Assembly (NCBI GenBank): GCA_964016885.1
Contig: OZ024742.1
Span: forward strand, 362,514,001 to 362,578,000
Reading direction: 5' to 3'
Source: Eledone cirrhosa
Lineage: Eukaryota
Length of the DNA: 64,000 bases
The position numbers were made by a program, and so were the translations under genes. A model generated the notes under the pieces. That model was given only the letters and a program-made list of their open reading frames with translations, was not told where the DNA came from and did no database searches. How positions within the stretch are numbered: position 1 is the stretch's first letter; the number at the start of each line of letters is the position of its first letter. Shown one piece after another: positions 55,173 through 64,000 of the stretch.

Positions 55173-55780
55173 TATGTATATATGCGTGTGTGTGTATGAA
55201 TGTATGTATATGTGTGTATATATGTATATATATATATGTATATGTATGTATATTTTGTCTGGATTATAAACATACAGAGACATTAGCCCTAAATTTTTAT
55301 ATTTACATACACTTTTTCGACATGCGTATGCATGTGAACATACATTTTTATGCATATCTGTGAACGAAGTTACTTACATATATACACACATCTAACTGTA
55401 TTTCTTGATGAATTTTTATGTATTTCATTGGTCTATTTAAAATCTGTTCCCAAACAGACCTGTAATTTTGAATTGTTGTTATTATCAATAAATATACTTC
55501 ATTATTTCTGAAGACAGCATATATATGTGATGGTATGTATATTCTCCTTGATAGTTTGTATAATTTTGTACATAGATCTTTTGAATATGCATGCCAATTC
55601 TAACACATATATGTCCTAGAAACGATCGTTAAATAATGAACTTTTTTTGTTTAATATAAGGAACTGTTTCTTTGTTTTATTCATTATTTTTTTAATATTT
55701 TATATATATATATATACATATATAATATTACCGATATTAATAAATGGAAAATATCTTTATAATACGATATTTATTTTATT
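55173..55780 (+). mobile_element. Inverted copy of the PLE 3' region/pLTR joined to the truncated 5' end
   Basis: Reverse complement of ~51025-51550 and of 50551-50625. Confidence 0.85.
55500..55638 (+). ncRNA. pLTR hammerhead, long stem II (inverted copy)
   Basis: cattattt-CUGAAGA-cag...cta-GAAA-cgatcg-UU-aaataatg. Confidence 0.7.
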
Positions 55781-57356
55781 ATACGTACTTCAAGGACACC
55801 AAATTTTAGTGTGCTTTCATCAGATACAATATAATATTTAGTGTTAAAATATTGACATACCTTAGCGTAGACTTAATAGTATAAGCTCGATAACAGTAGT
55901 GAGGTAAACATTCAAAATCACAAAGAGTTATATTCACTCAATGTTTAGTACAACATACGTGTATATAACTTATTTAACTCTAGCATGCATTAGTTACATG
56001 TTGCACCAAACATTGAGTGTATATAATTCATGTTTTCTACAATAACATTTGGAGTGTGTTTCACTTGACTTTGGCATTCAATGTTGACCAAGGGGTTTTC
56101 AGTGAATGGTCCAAGATATCTGTTTGTCTTTTGAGACATTTTGTATCGATATATGGTTGTGATTGTTTTTTTTATGCCTCTTGTCAGATACGACCAGGCC
56201 GATCTTTAATGAAAGGTCTCCCAACAATACTTAACCTGTCTTTTATTCATAGATAGTATATGTAAGACTATAGTCTCCTGAAATTCTATCAGCTTTAATG
56301 ACAATGTACAATTAAAAAAATATTTTGTGTCTTTTATCATGAAATAATTTCCGGCTGGCAGTGTGTAGCCAAATAAATATAAATATATTTGTCAAATATG
56401 GAATTATATTTAAATACTTAAAAATAACAACATAAGAAAGCCCACACATATGTTCACACACACAAATATACATTCACACATGCTCTCGGTTCGCCAATAA
56501 TCTTCACCCCCCCCCCCAACACACACACATATTAATTTTTCTTCAGATGTTTCCAACCCCCTCCCTGCTCTGATATCCCCACCCCGATTATTAAACTTCG
56601 CTAATCTATCTCCGGTGAAATTCTATTTTAATTGGCAGCATTACTGCGACAATTAATTTTCTTTATACATTAAAAAAACATTATAAATGACAAAAGAGGA
56701 CCTTACAAGAAATCCCATACGTTATAAAAGAAATAGGGTGCGTTGGGGTCTTAATATGTAAACTAAACGAGTAATTCTGTTTTTTAAAATAAAACAACGG
56801 ATACAACCTAGTAAAATTATCAATGACCCAAAACCACACCGCATATTAACAACCCTACCTATTATTTTGAAACCGAGAGTACACCAGGACATGTAAGTAG
56901 AAGCCAACCATCTGTGATAATCTACCATGGCATAAACCCAGACAATGCATTCATTGGAATACCTGCGGTGAACCATGTAAGTTTTCCCGCTGTTTGATAC
57001 CAGAGACATCTTGGCTTCACCTTATTTGATTGAAGACACATGAATTAATTTTTTTGCACAAGGCCTGAATGTAGCGTCTATTCCGGGAATCGAACTCCCG
57101 ATTTTACGTTCGAAAGCTGCTTACTCTAACCAATAAATATACATGCATATATATACATATACATATATATATTCCTTCATTCCTCTACACGCTACAGTCT
57201 TATACACGCCACGGATCTCAACGTACACCCACTTACATCTCTCTCTCCACCACCAGATCTTGTTATCCGGAGATTTACCCATCTGCATTGTCGAGGTTTC
57301 CAAACGACGTAAAGAAATTGACCTTATTCCACAATGCTTCAAGTAAACTTCAATAT

Positions 57357-57395
<39 letters not shown>

Positions 57396-57398
<3 letters not shown>

Positions 57399-57972
57399 CG
57401 TTTCTGAATTTGTTTAGCAAGATTCTTTATCTGAAATCGTGTGTTGAAACCGATATTGTTATACTTTGGGAGGGTCATGTTTCCAATAAGAAACACACGC
57501 ACCAGTTGCTTTCACTTCAATTTATTATATATTTATAAATTTACAAATTTATAAAATAAATTTTTGGTTGGTTGGTTGGTTCCACAACCAGATAGTTGTT
57601 TATATATAGTCATAGTCCTTTCGTCACACACTCTGTGACCTCTTCAGTGACTGGGGATTCCTTTCTTTGTTTCTGTGCCTCTCCTTTCTCTGTCCTACGC
57701 CATTTTGTTTCTCGAGAAACAAAATGGCGTAGGACAGAGAAAGGAGAGGCACAGAAACAAAGAAAGGAATCCCCAGTCACTGAAGAGGTCACAGAGTGTG
57801 TGACGAAAGGACTATGACTATATATAAACAACTATCTGGTTGTGGAACCAACCAACCAACCAGAAATTTATAAATTTATAAATTTGTAAATTTATAAATA
57901 TATAATAAATTGAAGTGAAAGCAACTGGTGCATGTGTTTCTTATTGGCAACATGAACCTGCCAAAGTATAAC
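57396..57972. mobile_element. Spacer-less palindromic pLTR dimer (centre 57713/57714) of the Neptune-type family, with HHRs at 57608-57652(-) and 57775-57819(+)
   Basis: ...cattttgtttctc|gagaaacaaaatg...; agtca-CUGAAGA-ggtcac..gtgac-GAAA-ggac-UA-tgact on each arm; flanked by (TA)n. Confidence 0.88.
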
Positions 57973-58057
<85 letters not shown>

Positions 58058-58237
58058 GGATATAAGTTCCTTCACGCACAAGGCGCTAAGGAACGCATGT
58101 ATTGTCCAACCAAATGCCAGTGTGGTTCAATGGCAGGTTAATAAATTAACGAGCCAGAACAAATATAAACAAGGTTTAGCAAATAATGAAAAAGTTTCAA
58201 AATAAATTTTAAAAAATTGACTTTACCTACTATAGTT

Positions 58238-58320
58238 ACCTTTACCGATCGGTTTCGAATCCCAAAAATAAACGGAGACCATACGGCCTTCGTTGCAAAG
58301 AAAGATTCTCGTCAGAAGGT
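58238..58320 (-). ncRNA. Type I hammerhead, canonical core
   Basis: acctt-CUGACGA-gaatc...gattc-GAAA-ccgatcgg-UA-aaggt. Confidence 0.85.
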
Positions 58321-58905
58321 TCTTTTCATTCGAAGAATATAAAATTCCTGAATTTAAATTACGAACTAGCGCTATCAAAACTGTTCCTGGGATGAGAGTG
58401 GATGATGTAGAAACAGGTTTATCAAGGGCCGAAGTAAAGATAGAGGCAGAAGGAGGTAGGTCAAACCAGCCGCAGCTATCACTAGCAGCAGTCGGAGCGA
58501 CCCAATTTGTCTCAACAGTAGAGGAGCGTAGTAATAATAGGATATGAGTTCCTCCACGCACAAGGCGCTAAGGAACGCATGTATTGTCCAACCAAATGCC
58601 AGTGTGGTTCAATGGCAGGTTAATAAATTAACGAGCCAGAACAAATATAAACAAGGTTTAGCAAATAATGAAAAAGTTTCAAAATAAATTTTAATAAATT
58701 GACTTTACCTACTATAGTTACCTTTACCGATCGGTTTCGAATCCCAAAAATAAGCGGAGACCATACGGCCTTCCTTCTGCCTCTATCTTTACTTCGGCCC
58801 TTGATAAACCTGTTTCTACATCATCCACTCTCATCCCAGGAACAGTTTTGATAGCGCTAGTTCGTAATTTAAATTCAGGAATTTTATATTCTTCGAATGA
58901 AAAGA

Positions 58906-58988
58906 ACCTTCTGACGAGAATCTTTCTTTGCAACGAAGGCCGTATGGTCTCCGTTTATTTTTGGGATTCGAAACCGATCGGTAAAGGT
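58906..58988 (+). ncRNA. Type I hammerhead, canonical core (inverted copy)
   Basis: acctt-CUGACGA-gaatc...gattc-GAAA-ccgatcgg-UA-aaggt. Confidence 0.85.
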
Positions 58989-59055
58989 AACTATAGTAGG
59001 TAAAGTCAATTTTTTAAAATTTATTTTGAAACTTTTTCATTATTTGCTAAACCTT

Positions 59056-59181
<126 letters not shown>

Positions 59182-59188
59182 GTATATA

Positions 59189-59229
<41 letters not shown>

Positions 59230-59382
59230 ATATATATATATGTATATATACGTTATTCCGGGTTGAATCGGAGGTAACCACAGTAAGTAAGGTACTCAAT
59301 ACATAGCAGAGTATAACAGTATATATGTATATATATATATATATATACATGTATATATATATGTATATATATACATGTATAT

Positions 59383-59429
<47 letters not shown>

Positions 59430-59433
59430 CATG

Positions 59434-60519
<1,086 letters not shown>

Positions 60520-60520
<1 letters not shown>

Positions 60521-60700
60521 CTGTTTCTACTTTAGGCACAAGGCCAGCAATTACCCAGTGCATTACTGGTACTTTATTTTATCGACCCCGTAAGGATGAA
60601 AGGCAAAGTCAACCTCGGCGGGATTTGAACTCAGATCGTAACGGGACGTAACTATGCTGGAAAGCATGGCGTCCGACCCTTTACCGATACTGCCAATCCA
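60520..60700 (-). mobile_element. tRNA-derived SINE, full length
   Basis: Reverse complement closely matches 28050-28240. Confidence 0.87.
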
Positions 60701-60846
60701 CATTTATAACCTTAAATTATCACACTAATAATCGATAAATATGCTGGTGAGAATAGGTGCGAATATGCTATAATGAATGTGTCTAAAAGCGACCATATGT
60801 ATGTATATAGGTGAAAATGTATATAAATAAGTAAATAAGTGGGTGA

Positions 60847-60881
<35 letters not shown>

Positions 60882-60920
60882 ATGTGTATAATTAAATGTA
60901 TGTGTATTCATGTATATGTG

Positions 60921-60980
<60 letters not shown>

Positions 60981-61537
60981 GACAGGAGTATGTATGCATA
61001 TATGTGTGTGTCTATATGTGTGTATATGAAGATAAGTAGAGTATGAAAGTGTATATACATGAATGCGTATGTAGGTACATATACATATGTATATATATAT
61101 ATATATATGTGTGTACATGTATATGTGTATGTAAGTATGAGCATGTAAGTATGCGTATGTGAGTGTATGTATTTGTAGAGGTGTGCATGTATGTATGTGT
61201 GTGAATGTGTATGTTTTTTTTTTTTAAAGTATATATACACATATATCTATGTGTGGGCGAACGGATACACACACTTGAAAGAAACATTTAAGTCTGTATG
61301 TTAATTAAGTGCAAACACAAAACCAACCATGCATATCTTTACTATCTCTAATCCTTCTATAGATTTAAAAAAATAACCAACGCCAAATAATGTATTCTAT
61401 AAAAATGTCAAAACAACAGATGGGAATCTAATTACCCACTGCTATCAAACATTTCTATCCACTCCCTTAACTATTCTTCTAACTTCACTCCTCCCTCTTA
61501 ATATTCTCTATAAAAACCAAACAAGTTCTCAATGAGA

Positions 61538-61658
61538 TTATTCTGATGAAATGATAGTTGAAAATAACATTGAAATATTGAGTGTCTGCATAATTAATAC
61601 TTTGTAGATAGCAGCTGTTTTCAGGTTATATAACTGTTATTGAAACACGTGTCAATAA
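61538..61658 (+). ncRNA. Type I hammerhead with ~90-nt stem II in a PLE-type pLTR
   Basis: ttatt-CUGAUGA-aatgatagtt...aactgttatt-GAAA-cacgtg-UC-aataa; downstream ccggattacatt motif shared with other pLTR ends. Confidence 0.8.
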
Positions 61659-61801
61659 ATTCGTTTTACGGAACTGTATCTATCTAAATCCTTCTATTTT
61701 CTCCGGATTACATTTGAAACTACAACTGAAACCGTCGAGCAAACCCTACGTGAGCTGTCCATCTACTGTGTGTAATATTCATATTACAACACTTCGGAAA
61801 A

Positions 61802-61840
<39 letters not shown>

Positions 61841-61858
61841 TACGTATATGTATATATA

Positions 61859-61967
<109 letters not shown>

Positions 61968-61976
61968 CATATATAT

Positions 61977-62014
<38 letters not shown>

Positions 62015-62541
62015 ATACCGTATATGTGTAGCTATATATGTGTGTGTGTGTGTATACATATATATATACATGCATCCATAAATTGGATACACAAAAAATG
62101 ACATAGAAGATGAATTGTAGTATAATCTGCTACAATATCGATTGCTCTGATATTTTTAAGAATTCGATCAATGAAAAAATACATAACTACCATTTTTGTT
62201 TAAATCTCTCATAATTTTACGTCTGTCTTTATCAAATATGAAGTACTGTATATATTCCCCTTGTTTGTTACAATCTGGATGTCATAATTCTGACAGTCAC
62301 TTTACTTGGGCTATATTATAGGATTAGGCATTAGTTTGATTCCTGCAACTCATATTTCCTTTTGACTCAACACAACAATATTTTCAGATGATTTCATGAC
62401 TGTGACACATTCTCTAGTGGCAATCTGGTGCTCTCCACTACCAGCCCAGGCTCTGATACTAGTCAGGCTGAAGAGGGCAATCTGTTCAAGTATTGTCAGA
62501 ATTCTGATAGGTTTGTTGTAGGGCCTCCCACACCACATCCT

Positions 62542-63043
62542 TACTCACTAGTATCGGAGCGGAGTTGACCTGCGGATCTCCTTACTACTCACTGTTATTG
62601 GAGCGGAGTTGACCCGCGGATCGCCTTGCTACTCACTGGTATCGGAGCGGAGTTTACCTACGGATCACCTTGCTACTCACTGGTATCGGAGCGGAGTTGA
62701 CCCGCGGATCACCTTGCTACTCACTGGTATTGGAGCGGAGTTGACCCGCGGATCACCTCGCCACTCACTGGCTGGTATAGCAGCGGAGTTGATCCGCGGA
62801 TCACCTCGCCACTCACTGGCTGGTATTGGGGCGGAGTTGACCCTCGGATCACCTCGCTACTCACTGGTATTGGAATGGAGTTGACCCTCAGATCACCTTG
62901 CTATTCACTGGTATTTGAGCGGAGTTTACCCGCGGATCACCTCGTTACTCACTGGTATTGGAGCGGAGTTGACCCGCGGATCACCTCGCTACTCACTGGT
63001 ATTGGAGCGGAGTTGACCCGCGGATCACTTTGCTACTCACTGG
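62542..63043. repeat. 44-bp GC/CpG-rich minisatellite, ~11 copies
   Basis: Unit tactcactggtatcggagcggagttgacccgcggatcaccttgc. Confidence 0.95.
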
Positions 63044-63348
63044 CTGTCACGCATTTCCCCTTCTCACTCCATTTCCACTTGTTATTACTTCAAAGCCTTC
63101 TTTCTTTCACACGTATATAGCTGACTAAACAGACACATGCTTTCCTCATGTGAAACAAATGTTTCCCGTGTCTTCGTTTATTTATGCGCGTCTTCTATTT
63201 CCCCTTCGATATCTCAGGCTATATTCCGATGACGCACTAATGTCTGAAACCTTATGTTTTTTTCTCTACTATATGAAATGTTAAACTAATATATAGTATC
63301 TTTATACTGTATTATCCTCTTGGTTGTGTTTCCTTACTGAATTGTCTA

Positions 63349-63380
<32 letters not shown>

Positions 63381-63713
63381 GTATATATATATAAAGAGAG
63401 GGAGAGAGAAAATTACAAAAATATTATTTAAAAGACCATAATCGAAATGAGTGCGAATAACATTTATTGCGAAACTCTGGATTGTGGTGTCGTTTAATAT
63501 TTTTGTAATTTTCTATAGACACTACGTAAATAGTTAGAGTTGTGACGTATAAAACTACCACAGGAACTATCAATTTGAATAATTTGTCCGTTGAATAAAA
63601 CACTACTGAATACGGTCTTTGATTCTTATTGAACAATCAAATTAATTCGTTACACTAACGAATTGAATAATACTATCACTCTCTCTCTCTGTCTCTCTCC
63701 TTCCCTATCTCTT

Positions 63714-63774
<61 letters not shown>

Positions 63775-63776
63775 TA

Positions 63777-64000
63777 TTAATTCAAAATATTAATAAATAT
63801 AGACATTCAACGTAATCAAAATATATTTTATTATATATATTTCGGAGGTACTGTGCTGCTTTTTGAGGTATGTCATGCATCAATTTATATATTTTATCTG
63901 ATGAGGACGTAGTGAAGAAACAGCACAGTACCTGCGATATATATATAATAAAATATATTTTGATTACGTTGAATGTCTATATTTATTAATATTTTGAATT
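63777..64000. repeat. Inverted repeat (~85-bp arms) whose spacer contains CTGATGA...GAAA; runs off the window end
   Basis: aattcaaaatattaataaatatagacattcaacg...ggtactgtgctg / cagcacagtacc...cgttgaatgtctatatttattaatattttgaatt. Confidence 0.85.

Noticed and set aside
56722-57009. Possible host exons (two gtaagt donor-like sites)
   Set aside because: No recognisable reading frame or acceptor pairing; unsupported without RNA data
57596-57831. Identical 73-aa ORFs on both strands
   Set aside because: Consequence of the palindrome
62542-63043. CRISPR-like array
   Set aside because: Head-to-tail units with no unique spacers and no cas genes; eukaryotic context

Overview
AT-rich, repeat-saturated animal genomic DNA. 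The tRNA-derived SINEs, RTE/Dong/Penelope content and dense (TA)n/(TACA)n microsatellites suggest an octopus or other cephalopod (inference). No host gene is supportable, and most ORFs in the track are microsatellite artefacts. The window holds a frameshifted RTE LINE plus three copies of a ~608-bp non-autonomous RTE derivative, one apparently intact 1130-aa Dong/R4-type RLE retrotransposon and two truncated Dong copies in (TAA)n, a 7.2-kb 23-bp satellite with higher-order structure, several SINEs, and many Penelope-like element (PLE) pieces of two GIY-YIG types. The most striking hidden layer is about a dozen type I hammerhead ribozyme (HHR) motifs read by eye from about 8 sequence families. 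Many have a very long stem II and a non-canonical first stem II pair. Two sit in ORF-less ~480-bp partial tandems (retrozyme-like), and many fold-back palindromes are centred in or next to the ribozyme. All coordinates and folds were derived by eye and need computational confirmation.
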